The position numbers were made by a program, and so were the translations under genes. From Octopus bimaculoides (Eukaryota): 50,788 nt of DNA. The stretch is taken from contig NC_068993.1 in assembly GCF_001194135.2 (NCBI RefSeq), positions 25,213,067-25,263,854 of the forward strand. The letters run 5' to 3'. Under the pieces are notes generated by a model, which ran no database searches, had not been told where the DNA came from, and was given only the letters and a program-made list of their open reading frames with translations. Positions 1 to 13,500 of this stretch are shown here, one piece after another. Within the stretch, counting starts at the first letter, position 1. Each line of letters opens with the position of its first letter.

Positions 1-277
1 AAAAAACCTATTTGTATATGCTCCACAAGGGAAAACAAGGAACATTGTTTACAACGAGGTGTTATAATCACAACAGCAAGAAAGTATGTACATGATCACC
101 TTCTTTTACGAAACTTCATTGACTTTCATATACTTATATTGATATACATATATATACGTGTGTTTGGGTGCGTGTGTGTATATACATCTCTCTATATAAA
201 GATGATGCGTAGCCTAGACGGCGTTTTTAGATTTCATTATTCTCTTTAACCCGGGCAACACCGGGTATTTCTGCTAG
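1..277 (+). mobile_element. Helitron 3' end with last codons of RepHel helicase
   Basis: 2-67 reads KNLFVYAPQGKTRNIVYNEVL* (typical RepHel C-terminus T-NIVY-EVL); hairpin ACCCGG-gcaaca-CCGGGT at 249-266, then CTAG at 274-277 followed by T. Confidence 0.8.
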
Positions 278-387
278 TAGTTGAATAAATCTCTACCTTT
301 CAACAATTGCCTTTGCTGAATTTTAAAAATCATTATATTATAGAGTTTTTAACTTTTTGTTGCTTTTTGGTTGTTATATTTTGGATT

Positions 388-1372
388 ATTATTACCCCTA
401 CCTTAGCGAAGGCAGAGGTATTGTTTTTTAGTCATGTTTGTTTGATTGTCCATGGACAAGATATTTCAAGAACCGCTGGATGGATTTGGATGAAACTTTC
501 AGGGATATTTGGCCTTGTGACTGGCACAAACTGATTAGCTTTTGGGATCAATCCAGTTCGGACAAGGATTCTGGGTTATTTGTTATATGTACTTTACATG
601 AAGTATTACAATCTTACGTTCTTTCAAGTCTTTCTCTGATGTCTCCCTTGAAAGCATGCTCATGGTTTACATGTAAGCTATGGTGACATTGCTGTTTCCA
701 AAATTTTGTTTTCGTTTCTCTATTACTAATTGTACTCGCGTCTCTATCTTCGTAGAAACTGATGAATAAAGAAATCAAACTACATAAACAAACGGCAGTG
801 AAACCATTTAGAAATTAAATAACACTAACATATTCAGTAATAATAATAAATTTAATTTATCCTCAACAATTTTTAGCTTTACCAATTTTGAATATATCAC
901 TCCTGTTTAAAACCTCTTACCTACTTGACAATTGCATTTCTAGCTCTGCCTTGAAGGAAGCTTTACTTCTTGGACTCACGTTTTTGTGTGGAACGATGTT
1001 GTTTAACCTCCGTTAGCAGCACCGTGTGCAGGTCCTTTCCATTTTCTTTCATGCACAGATAAATTTTTCACTATAGGCATTAATGATTGTAAAGACACTA
1101 TATCAGTGGATAAACTAAAAAAGGCCTTCATAGAGAAAACTGTCCCTGTTCCCACTGCAGATGACACACACACACAGCATTACAAACACGGCCTGCACAC
1201 TCACCTTTACATTCTATGACTATCATTGGGATCGATAAAGTACCGACCAAGGATTCTGGACTATTTTTCCAGTTTTTTTTTACTTAATTTTTGAGAGCGG
1301 TCAGGTTCATTTTGGCTAATTGTTGAGAGGATGTTGGTGGAGGTTTGCGCTCTCTGTGTGCTCTTGTTGTTA
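388..1372 (+). mobile_element. Non-autonomous Helentron/HINE (DINE-1-like) element, composite
   Basis: 5' ttattaccc...cctt-agcg-aagg..ggtattgttt and 3' ttggtggaggtttgcgctctctgtgtgct..gtt ends match the HINE pattern (subterminal repeat plus 3' hairpin) as I recall it; a diverged internal repeat at 542-581 and 1226-1266. Confidence 0.5.
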
Positions 1373-1491
1373 TTTGTTATTTTTTTAATATAGTTTTTGA
1401 TTTTATTGAATAAATTTAATAGACACAAATCCAGTCTCTTCCATTTTACCTTGTTTCATTTACAAAACTGTTGTTTTTGAATTCTTAACAG

Positions 1492-1668
1492 GTCCTCACC
1501 GAAAGTGGTCTTGAACAACAACTGCTATATATGCTGGCTTCTCAACATACCAGCAGCCTTGGTACCCAGCCAGACATCCCTGCAGACATACAATGTGTAC
1601 ATGAGTTCTTCTTGCTGCTAGCCATCTGCAACACTGTTGTTGTCTCAAACCACCCTCATGAAGATAAG
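1492..1668 (+). CDS. ATP10: ATP10-like exon w1 (VLTESG...[16 protein letters not shown])
   Basis: ttaacAG acceptor at 1490-1491, GTaaat donor at 1669; phase 0/0; CNTVVV motif. Confidence 0.9.
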
Positions 1669-4474
1669 GTAAATTTCTGCTATGTTACAGCAGTGCTGGG
1701 TATTTATCAAAATCGAATACAGTTTTGTATAATGAATGGTAATGCTGTAGTTTGATGGTAGAACACAGATAATATAATAATAGTAATATGGTGTTATAAT
1801 AATAGTATTATATAGCATGATAATTTTTTTTCAGTCAACTATAACTTAGACTTGCATCAGATATGATGGTGGGTGTTCCACATAGTCTATACCAATCTCA
1901 GTTTCTTGAATTGATCAGCATAACTATTCTTCACGAGTTTTGGAGAATACCCTCAGTTCACCCTCCCAGGGCTCAGGTCTTAGATGATGACTTAGTTGCA
2001 GAGCAGCTCTCAGTTCTACAGTGCTCAACAAGTTGCAATCATTTTCTGGCAATCTTGTACATCAAAGTCATCGATTAGTAGACTTTTTAGAGTGTCAGGC
2101 AAAATACCTTGCAGTATTTGTCATAGCTCTTTGCTTTCTGATGCCTGTGATAATACTGGTGCCAAGCAGTATCAGCCCATACTTGGACAATATCAGTAAC
2201 ATAGAGAAGAGAAGCTTTATTTGTGGCCGACTGCTATTCTTCCATAAAAAGAAAGCCCTTATCTTGGCTTGCATTTTGAAGAGAATCTTTCCACATGCAA
2301 CTTCGTAGCTTTACCCGAGAGACAATTATCTTTGGGGAAGTCAGTGTAAAGATGCTTGTGAGTCACTTTCTGAATTCAGATGACCAACTGGAGAATCCAT
2401 GTTTAGTGGTCATTGAAGAATTTGGCCTTGGACTTAGTGATCATGAACACATCTTCCCAGAAATCCTAGCAATACAATCATCATCATCATCATTTAATGT
2501 TTGTTTTCCATGCTGGCATGGGTTGGATGGTTTGGCAGGAGCTGGCAAAGCTGGGAGCTGTACCAGGTTCCATTGTCTGTTTTGGCATGGTTTCTACAGC
2601 TGGATGCCCTTCCTAATGCCAACCACTTTACAGAGTGTACTGGGTGCGTTTTATATGGCACCATAAAAAACAGGGTCACCAAGTACCTTGCAGGACAAAA
2701 AAAGAGTAAAAAGGTAAAAGCCCCTCAAATGAGAAGGAGGGAGTAGTATTGAGGTGGGGTAGATTTGTGCCAGTTGAAAGTTTAAAAGTATACAGGGACA
2801 GAAATAGGGGTCTTGTGCATACATTGATACTCCAGTTGGAAAGTAAAGGAGAGTAAGTTAGAAAGCAAGATGAGGAGAGATGATGGTGAAGATGAGTCAG
2901 GAATGCCCTTAAGGGACGTTTGGGGTGGTAAGAATAAGTCAGATGATACAGAGGTTTGGATTGGGGCAGGATAGAGGTGACTCACAAATGACAGAGAATT
3001 GAGGAGAGGTTTTGGAGCAGGGTTGCAGTAGATATGCAAGGGCATTGAGGGTGATAGCAGATAAGCAAGATGTTAATGATGAAGAACAGTAAAGCAGGGA
3101 GAAGGCACAGAAAGGAAGTGATTGGTGAAGACAGTAGGCGAGGCAGGATTATGGGAAATGAAAGTGGGTTTGGGTTGGAAAGAAAGGTAACTGAGAGAGT
3201 TGGGGGATGTAGTATGTACCTATTCCGTTCTCAGTTGATAGAGCAGTGATGAATGTTAGGGTATGAAATGTTAAGGAAAAGGCTGACAGGGCAGAAAGGA
3301 CGGGATTGTGGCAGAGCCCTTCACAGATGAGAATTTCCAAGGTGGTTTTAGGATATCAATTCTGCTGTGGATGGGTCTTCAGCAAGGTACCAGACATCTC
3401 AGACTTTATCATTACCTTTTGTAAAACTCAGTGTCTTGAGATCAGCTTTTAGTACTTTGTCCCATATCTTTCTGAGTCTCCCTCTTCCAAAAGTTCCCTC
3501 CACTTTAACTAATCAGTACTTCTTCATACAACTGTTTTCATCCATACACATCACATGTCCAAATCAGTGCAGCCTTGTCTTTTGCACACTGCACTGATTT
3601 CTTCTTAATTTAAATCTTCTCTCAATACACTAGCACTCAGTGGCACATGTACATCGGCATTGCACATCTAGTGGAGCATATTAGCTTCATTCTTCTCTAG
3701 TCTTTGCATGTCCTCTACATTCAGGGTCGATGTCTCACTGCCACAACATAAATAAAAAGTTGTCCGTAATGAAGAATCAAAATGAGGTTCCTCTATCCAT
3801 GGTCTTACTTCATGTTCCCTCATTCTTTTATTTTTAAAGTTGAATGATGCAGGTTTCATGCCTGCTTCTTACTATGATGCTTCATTGAATGGTAGTCTAC
3901 CAAATTCTCCAACATTCAAGAAATCTGAAAGCCAGAAGACAATGTTTAGCATCATTGACCTTCAGAGTTCCTCAACATCACTAGAGGCAAGTGTGGCTGG
4001 CTCTGAATATTCTTTTGATAGAAAAATATGTTATGAAGCAGAGAGTCCTGATGAACTAGCTCTTGTGAGAGCTGCCAAGAGCTATGGGTGTCAACTTCTA
4101 AAGAGATCCAAGGATTTTGTTCATGTTTTTCTGCCAGGTAAGATTGAATTTTTTTTGAGCATATGTAGTTAGAAATAAGTCTTATTTATTAGTATTAATG
4201 CTAATTAGTTATAATTTATCATATGAATTTACCACATACTTAAGTTCACATCAATACGAGATAAACTCATATTAGCAATGCAAGCTAATGAAACCTCTCA
4301 TTAGTTATATAGTATCTCTATTTAAAAGTTTGAACTTTACAGTTAGGTAGACTTTTATACTGACTTACTGAGACTCAAGCATCTTTAAGAGAGACTCAGA
4401 ACAGCATTAGTGATGTTTCAATCTGTTGAACTTGAAGGGTTAGATTGATTTGCAAATTCAATCATTTGTCTCAA

Positions 4475-4526
<52 letters not shown>

Positions 4527-7500
4527 GTTTAATGTCCGCTTTCCATGCTAGCATGGGTTGGACGATTTGACTGAGGACTGGTGAAACCAGATGGCTACAC
4601 CAGGCTCCAATCTGATTTGGCAGAGTTTCTACAGCTGGATGCCCTTCCTAACGCCAACCACTCAAAGAGTGTAGTGGATGCTTTTACGTGTCACCTGCAC
4701 GAAGGCCAGTCAGGTAATACTGGCAACGGCCACGCTCAAAATGAGTTTCGTGTCCAATGAAGGAGACGATTTTGGCATGGGTGCCAGTCGTCGAAGGAAA
4801 ACAAATGCTGCTTTTTTTCATATCTATGCTAAATTACCACCACTGCTACCTCCACCGCCACAATGACACTGCAACCACATTAGATCACTCTCATACTCTA
4901 TGTACACTAAATTACCTCCAGCAGCATTGTACATTCCCTTCACCAACTACATTTTTTTGTTTTTTATCTGCAGCACAACTACATTAAATGAACATTACCA
5001 TTTATGCCATCAAAGCACACCCACACTATGACCACTATGACAGTATACTTCAGCATTACTTCAAATACCACTCACTTGTCACTCCTCACCATGCTAATCA
5101 CTACCAACAGCCACAACGCTACCTAACACCACAAACACAATCCATTAATGAATGCCTACCACCACAACCCACTAATAAATGTTTACTTTCAATTAAATCT
5201 CCCTCCTTCCTCATCTCACCAATGATAACAAGTTTCTGGACACTTGTAAACCTGACAGTATTACATGTTTTGTCTCATGTTAGGCTGGTGATGTGGTAAT
5301 GCAGTGTGGGGTGGTGGTACAATGATGCAAAACATTGCTTAGTGAAGTCAGTGGTGAAGATAAGACTTTTATTCTATTTTATTTTCAAAGGCTGTGGAGG
5401 ATTGAGGGTTACATGTCTACAGATTGGACAGGGATTCAAAATGGAATGCTGAAAGTTATATATTGCCAGGTGCTTTGTAGCTGAAAAGACTTTTCATTCA
5501 AGCGATATTGTTAACATGGAATATAAATGGTTGAAGCCTTTGGCATTTAGATTGCTCTGTCACTTGCAATTTGTTATATTATTTGCATTGTTTTGAATTA
5601 ATCATGCATTATCTTGTAACCTCAATATTTAAATGATATGGCTGAATATCTTTCAAATGACACTGTAGGGTAGGTATGAGAGGCCTGATCTGGCTGGTTT
5701 GAACATAAAACAGGTAAAATATTTCAGCCAGATATTGCCAGTTTAAATGCTAAGGGGCTAAATTTTGATTTGTATGAGACATGTCACAGGTTCTATTCTA
5801 TCTGTTGCTTGATATCATCTGAAGTTTTCAACCTTCTTCATCTTTATCTGTGGCGATTATGCTTTTGTTAACCTTACAACTACTGCCACCAAAGTTACCA
5901 TCCTAACTACCACCACAATTACTGCCATCATTATATATAGCTTAACATGACTATGGATGATTAGGATGCTACAGTATATCATAACACTGTAATTTCAACA
6001 TGATGTTAACCATTCTGTTTTATATACTAAGCATATTTCCAGATCTTTAAAATTCATTTGCTTTCAATTGCCTATCTATACCTATCTCTTAGTTGCTCTG
6101 TACCACATGTTCCTGCTTAAGTATTTTCTTTGAGCTATTGACTTGTAACTGTTCAAAAGGAACATTACTAGTATTGATTTCATCTTCTATGGAAGGGCTG
6201 CAAAGGCCATGGACACAATTCCTTTTGCTGGAGGAATTTCTTTTAAAAAAAAACTGTTAGATTTAGAGAATCAAAGCTCCAGACAGGGGTGTTTATATTT
6301 ATGGATGTGTTATTACGCATATGTATTTTGTGTGTGACTGCACACAAAGGGAAAAAAAAGATTAAAAATCCAGGCAAATACTTTCTCAGCACACTTTTGA
6401 GATCAAACTTGGTCAAGTAAATTGTTGAGTGAAAGCCATTGTAATCCATGTAGGCCATAGAGGTACTTTCCATTTGTCTATCCAGTTTGTAAATTTGAAA
6501 TTCAGACACCAAATAAATTTTGTATATGGTCACATAGTATAGTAGAAAATCACAAAAGAACAGAGAATTATACATTCTTTAATCAGCTTATGCACATTTT
6601 GAATAGATTGGTATATTCCAAATCCAGCAACTCAGAAATCTTGCATATTGATTAATCCTATATTTGGTCAACTATGATTCTACAGAGATAGAGAAATTTA
6701 ACACCATCCTTTTCTTAGCAAAGCTATACCACACTACTAAGAATGGAGAACATTTTAAAGGCAATAGATAGTACTAAAGGTAGCAATATTTGACCAGTAT
6801 TAAGGGTAGGTAACTTTTCAGCAGACCTACTTAGGCATTGTATTTATCAGATCAAGATAAAATTCTAATATGATACTTAGTTTCTTTATTCCTACTCAGC
6901 AACATGAAGAATATTTAGGGCAAAATTCCTACCCCATTTAAAATATTACTGACCAGTTCAAATACTAAAATGATTTACAATTATTTTAATTTTCAAAATA
7001 TGACTTAGGTAAATCAAGATGAAACAATAAAATGGAAAAAATGTTAAAAAATAAATTATATGTATATAGGGAATAGTTTTTCTTTTAAAGATGTTCTGGT
7101 CAGGACATGGTTGTGTTCAAGGTTAATCATCTTTATTAGCAATTCATTGAGTGTCTTTATTAATCTTTTTTATTTATTCATTTTTTTTTTATACATTTGA
7201 AATTAAAAAAAAAGTCCTAAACCCATTAGCATTTCAGAACATTCTTGCTACATATTCTGCATGTCATCTTCTTTATTTGATGTTCCCTTTTCCATGCTGG
7301 CATGGAAAAGGACTAAATGACCCAAGAGAGAAGGTGTGGTAGTTAGAAGTATAGAAGAAAGAGAGAGAGAGATAGTGAGAAAGAAACTACACTCTGTTTC
7401 AATATACCAACCTTACAACTGTCTCTAAACTTAGAAGTTTAGACATCTAATATAAGTTTCTTGACATACAGTATTTGGTTTAAGGCTATTTTAGTTTAAT

Positions 7501-10500
7501 GCGGCTATGTGAGTGTGGATATGGAAAAGTTATTTGCCTAAGAGACAAGTGCTCTATTCAAGTATTCTTCCCATTCACTGTAAACTATTCTCAAACAGTA
7601 GCCATTCTCATTCATTTTCTCTCTCCCTTCTCCTCCCTCACTCTTTTCCTTCCACCACTCCTACAACAATTTATGATTCTTTAAACTTCTTGACTGTATA
7701 CTGCTTATCTGCTTAAATAACTCAATAGTTCAAACTGAACAATAAACATATTTACCTCCCCTCTCTATACCACATGTTATCACAACCTGGAAAGATTGTA
7801 GAAACTTCCTCCACTTCATAGTCTAACTGATAGCGAAAATGTACATAAATGACCATAGGTACAACTGTATGGCTAACTAGTTCTCTTAGCAAATACATGG
7901 TTTGAGTTTCTATCTTAGTGTGTGGCACTTTTGGCAAGTCTTTTCTCTCAGTCTGGGCACTGCAATTTGGTACATAGAAACTATACAAGTGGGTACTGAA
8001 AAGTTCCTGGCTTAAAGGATATCTTGAAAACCTGGTTGGAGGCCCAACCTTCTTGAATTCTTTTACAGGGCTTAGAAAAACTGAAGAATTGCTGCAATAA
8101 GTGTGTGAATCTGAGAGGGGAATGTGTTGAATAAAATCATAATTAACTGATCCTCCTGTTCAATTTAGCACCATCATCCTTTGACATTTTTAGCATTGTA
8201 CAGACTCTTGCAAACACATATTGGCAACTCAACAAGTCTTTAAAAATTAATAATAATCTTTTATCAAACTAAAATCCTCACAACACCTAAAGCCTTTACT
8301 AAATTCTGAAAGATTGCAATTCTTGTGTTCTGGTTAGGTCAGGGTGATGTCACATTGAAGATCCTACATGTTTTACAATTTGATTCCGACCGCAAGAGAA
8401 TGTCTGTGATAGTGGAACATCCAGCCAGTGGTGAGATTATCTTATACACTAAGGGAGCTGATTGTTCAATTCTGGAGCGTTTAAATTCTACCTATCATGG
8501 TTAGTTCATTTTACTTTACTTTGTTATTATTTTGTTGTTTTCTGTGTTAATGTTGTTGTTGTATCTACATGTGCACATTATGAACACAAGTCTCTATATT
8601 TAATTGCGACCTTATGTTTATGTTAGAGCTGTCATTTATATGTTATTCCAAATATTTATGAATATTCACATTGCTAAATATTAACATCTAGAACATCTTC
8701 AGTTCTAAGCTGTTTATTGGTAATATCTACGTTGAAAATTACATAGGTCCTATGCACAACAGGAATATCTGCAATCTTAAATATACACAATGGCAATATT
8801 TAGGGTACAGTTGAATGTTGGTACCCTTAAATATGTATTCAGAAGACTTATTTCTTTAAACATGTTCATTCTCGGTGTTGTCACATGATTTAAGTAATAC
8901 ACTGCAAGTTCCTAATGACTAACAAATATCATCAACTCAACTACAGAGGAGCCTGAAGCCAAGAAGATTCTACAGAACACCTCTGACCACATCATCCAGT
9001 ATGCTCTTCAGGGTCTGAGGACATTGTGTATGGCAAAACGGGTAAGTTTTATCTTTTTCTTCAACATATTTTTCAGTTTTTTCTAATCCATCCTGCACTT
9101 CTTGTATTTGGTAAATAAGTGAGCTAGCCATGCCTGGAATGTCTTTGATGAGAAGTCTGCTGAAGTGGTTAGAATACTTCTATCCTACCTTGTACTATAA
9201 TTGTTCTCATCAGATCAGTACTTTGTACTGAGCTATACTGGTTTAAATATTTCTATTCCAGTACTGTATCATAACAATATTGGTAAAAATGGCTCCTTCA
9301 AAGGATAGCATGATCATTAATACATTATTAAACTGTCAGTTGTCTAATTTTTTAAGTGTTCCTTGCAACTGGTAAATTATATATTACTCCACATGTTCCT
9401 CTTAAATGAAGAAGGGCAGTGTCCAAGACTCTTTACAAGGACTCTGAGATTGATGGGTGGAAGTTATCCTCAGGCAGAAGACCTGGTCAAATGCTGTCAA
9501 CTGAGTGAACTCTGCTAAAGGCATTCAAGAACAAGGTGTTGGTGTTTAATTAGGCTCTGAAATAAGTCTATCACTCAAGAATATGAACATCTACCAAATT
9601 TCTCTCCAAAGCTTTGGTTGATCCTTATCTATGCTAGAAGACACTTATCTGCGATGCTGCATATTGAGATTGAACCCAAACCATGTGATTACAGAGCAAA
9701 CTTCTTAACCACACAGTATATCCATTTCTTTTACTCTGATTTCTTTTACAGTGTTTAAACTTCATGATTTCCTGATAAACAGTTGACTTTATCACTATCT
9801 TGAAAACTGGACATTAATCCAACTAACTTCACCCAGATGTTTCTGTCCACTTTTTCTTGAACTTCCTTTGAAAGCAGTGGACACTGCCCCACTTCCTTCT
9901 CAGACATAGAAATTATATTAAAAACAAAAACAACCTACAGCAATATCAGTATTCTTTCCATATGTATCCTTATTTTCCTGATGACTTATTTAGTGTCTGC
10001 CTTTATACAATGTTCCAGGTTATTGGTAGGGCAGAGTATGAAACATGGCAACAATCATATAATGTTGCACAGGCAGCTCTTGAAAACAAGGATGAGCTTT
10101 TGAAAAACTCAGCAGATGATATTGAAAAAGATTTTGAGCTTCTAGGTATGTAGCAATTTATTCAGGTTTGAAAGTGGATCAGTATTAAAAAAGAAGTTGA
10201 ATCTGGCCTAACTTAAAACATGCAATGCAAACATTTAAAACAAAGAACTGTGGCTCAGAAGATGACATCACACAAGTATCCAGGACATTTTTCAAAAAGA
10301 GACAACCTCTGGCCCAAATACTTTCTATCCATTCTCTTTATTACTATTACTTTTTTAGTTTTGGTTGATCTCATGCCACTTTCACTCAAACACTTCCAAC
10401 TCATTGTCTCTCTTCTAATTCCATGTATTGCATTCAACATCTTTCATTTCAGTCATTTTCATTAGAATACAAGCTCTCTGGATTGCCTTCACTGCATATG

Positions 10501-13500
10501 TTTTTTTCTTTCTTCTTTTTTCTTTGTGAGTGTCAACTTGCAACTGTTTAAAACAAACATTAACTACATCAATCTTACTTGTTCCTTTCTCCAGACCAAA
10601 CCAATAACAATTTTTTTTTTAATTTACTATTTCAAACTACTTCAAAGTTTTTTAATGTGACTCTTTATTCCGTTTCAGTTTACCTCACTATCAAAATTAG
10701 GTACCAGTACTTTAAATATTTATTTTTTATTAACTTACAATCTAGCCAAAAAAATCTGATGTCTCTGCTTAGGATACCACAGAAACTAAAAAGATGCAGT
10801 TGTTTAGTGGCACATGAGGCTCTTGAAAGATTTAGTTACCCTTTCATGGTCAAATATCAGAAGAATAATTTGTGAAAACCAAATAATAATGATAAATTCA
10901 GTTTGAAGTCAGATATTTTAATAGTAATTTGAGTCTTAGTAATGAAAACATGAGCTCTTAAAGTTTAATGATTGAGTCACTGACCATACATATCTCTGAT
11001 GATTTCATAGTTTGAGAAGACACTCTATCAGATTCCTTGTGGGAAAAGAGGTACTAATTTGATTGAAAGATATTAGTTCACACTTGTAATCAGTCATCTG
11101 TAACGAAACATTTTTTTAACATTGAAGGTGCAACTGGTATTGAAGATACACTGCAAGATGGAGTTCCTGACACAGTTGCCACTCTTCGAAAAGCAGGAAT
11201 CAAAATTTGGGTGCTCACTGGTGATAAACAGGTTTGTTTTGTTTCTACTTAAATTCCCAGTCATGGAACTGAATAAAATCAAATTAGTACTTTTAGAGAT
11301 TGTATTTGTTGTTGTTGCATAACCTCAAATTAGCCTTATCATGGTCAATGAAGTTCGATGCTGGATAATGTAAACCTTTGCAGTGATTGAGAATTATGCC
11401 TAATTCAGATACCTTAATGTGCTGCATACATAGTCTAAGATTATAATGAAAAGGAAAGGAGCTAAGCTGACCTCTTGGAAAACTCCTGTGTTGACTGCGA
11501 ATGTGTTAGTGTCTTTCCATCAGGGATGCATACAAAACTTTTGTAGCCTGCATAGAGAGAGTAGATAGCATTTACAACTTCATTTGGTATGTCATAGGCA
11601 GAGATAGTCTAAAACATTCGCTCACAATGAATAAAGTAAAAAGTTTTGGGGAAATCCACAAATATGGCACACAAAGATGTATCTTTCTTTGCTAAGATGG
11701 TTTCAATGAGTTGGTGAAGTGTTAAGATAGATTTAAAGTGGAACAGCCTTTGTGAAAGCCATTGTAGTTTGCTCCAAGTTGCGTTTTGATAGAGTCTCAG
11801 ATACTATTGAACTTGATATGGTTGAAGAGTTTTGGTTGATTGTATGATACAAGCCATATGCTGACAGATCTCCCTTTTCCTACTCATCACACATACAATC
11901 ACAAATGTTCAAACTCTCCTCACAAACTTGGCGTTGGTTGCCATTGAAGTTCGTCTCTCAATAAATCACTTGAAGACAAAGACCATAATCATTGGTGAAA
12001 ATGCTTATGTGGGTGATTTTTCATTGGGTCCCCTTAAATCAGCTGCCAATTTCTGTTACCTGGGCGCTCATATTCACTCTGCAAGCAGTGATATTAAATT
12101 TGTTAAATGATAACATGGTCAGTATTCAGCAAGCTCTGGAAAATTTGGATAACACCACAACAGTCATGTGACCTAAATCTACAAGGGTGAGTAGAAAAGT
12201 TCATAATCTGACTATGAAGGAGTGATGCTAGAGCTGTGAAATCTTGCATACATGAATTTCAACCATTGTTATTAATAACTATTGTTTCTTTCCACGTAAA
12301 TTGACATCTGAGTATTCTAAGAAGACAAAGACTTCAAAAGTAACTAGTTACAACTTCTCTTGAAAATCGACAAAATTTGGCATCATGGTGTTATCAAGTA
12401 TATCTAGAAAGACAGTCTAGCTTCCAAAGACATTCGTGCTCATGTGGTTGCTACATTAGAGGATGATTGATACTCCAGCTTTATCAAATATGCAAAAGTG
12501 GACATTTGAATTAAGGAGGGGAAGGGAAAGTGTTGAAGATAACCCAAAGTCTGGATATCCTGCAATTGTTACCTCTGAGGAAAACATTGATTGTGTTCAC
12601 CACATGATGATAGATTACAGGCAAATTACTATAAATCAAATAGCCAATGCTATTAGCATATCCCGTGAGAGAGTTGAGAATATTCTGCACAATGAATGTG
12701 GCACGACAAAGGTTTCTGCTCAGTAGATACAATGTCTTCTGACACCTGATCAAAAGTGCACCCAGTTGATCACATCACAGGGAAATCAGCTGGTTTCTTT
12801 GAGTATTTCCTAATCCAGGACTTTATCATTTTGAACCAGAGACAATCTATTGCAGTGGAAAAATCCCTCCTTACTTACTCCAAAAAAGGTCAAGGCCATT
12901 TCATTTATAGAGTAAGTGAAGACCTCAGTCTTTTGGGATGCAAAAGACATTGTGTTTATTGACTATCTTCAAAAGCACCATCAATGGAGAGAATTATGCA
13001 AACTTGCTGGGGTAGTTATGAAACGCTATCAAGATCAAATGCCCAGGAAAACTGATGGAAGGGATTTTGTTTCATCAGAACAATACTCCAGCACAAGGGT
13101 TGCTGTGCATGACTGGCTTTGAACTGGTTGATAGCTGTCCCTATTCTTCTGATCTTGGCTCCCATCTGACTATCATCTGTTATTCAACATGTAAAAGCAC
13201 TTGGCTGGGAACCAGTGCTGCAGTGACAATGACATCATATCTGCCGTTGATGACTTTTTTGACCAACAGGATGAAAGCTTCTTCACCAATGGAATCTAAG
13301 CACTGCAACACCAATGGGAGAAGGGTGTGAACTGCAGGACACTTCCATTGGTATTGAAAAATAAACCTCATTTGGTAACATTCCATGAGAAAAGTTTGGT
13401 CAGTCTATGAAGTTTTCAGCCAACCTTCATACACCTGTTTCATGTATCAGTAGAATCTATTCTGCTCTACAGCTCTGAATGCTGATCTCTCACAGTAGCC

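Noticed and set aside
4840-5300. His/Thr/Pro-rich ORFs (4757-4987, 4988-5299)
   Set aside because: Low-complexity CAC/ACC-rich intronic sequence with no domain motifs or splice support.
7490-7985. Possible CR1/L2-like LINE 3' remnant on the minus strand (and an RTE-like remnant near 28690-28950)
   Set aside because: Similarity is limited to a few degenerate residues and is too weak to annotate without a profile search.
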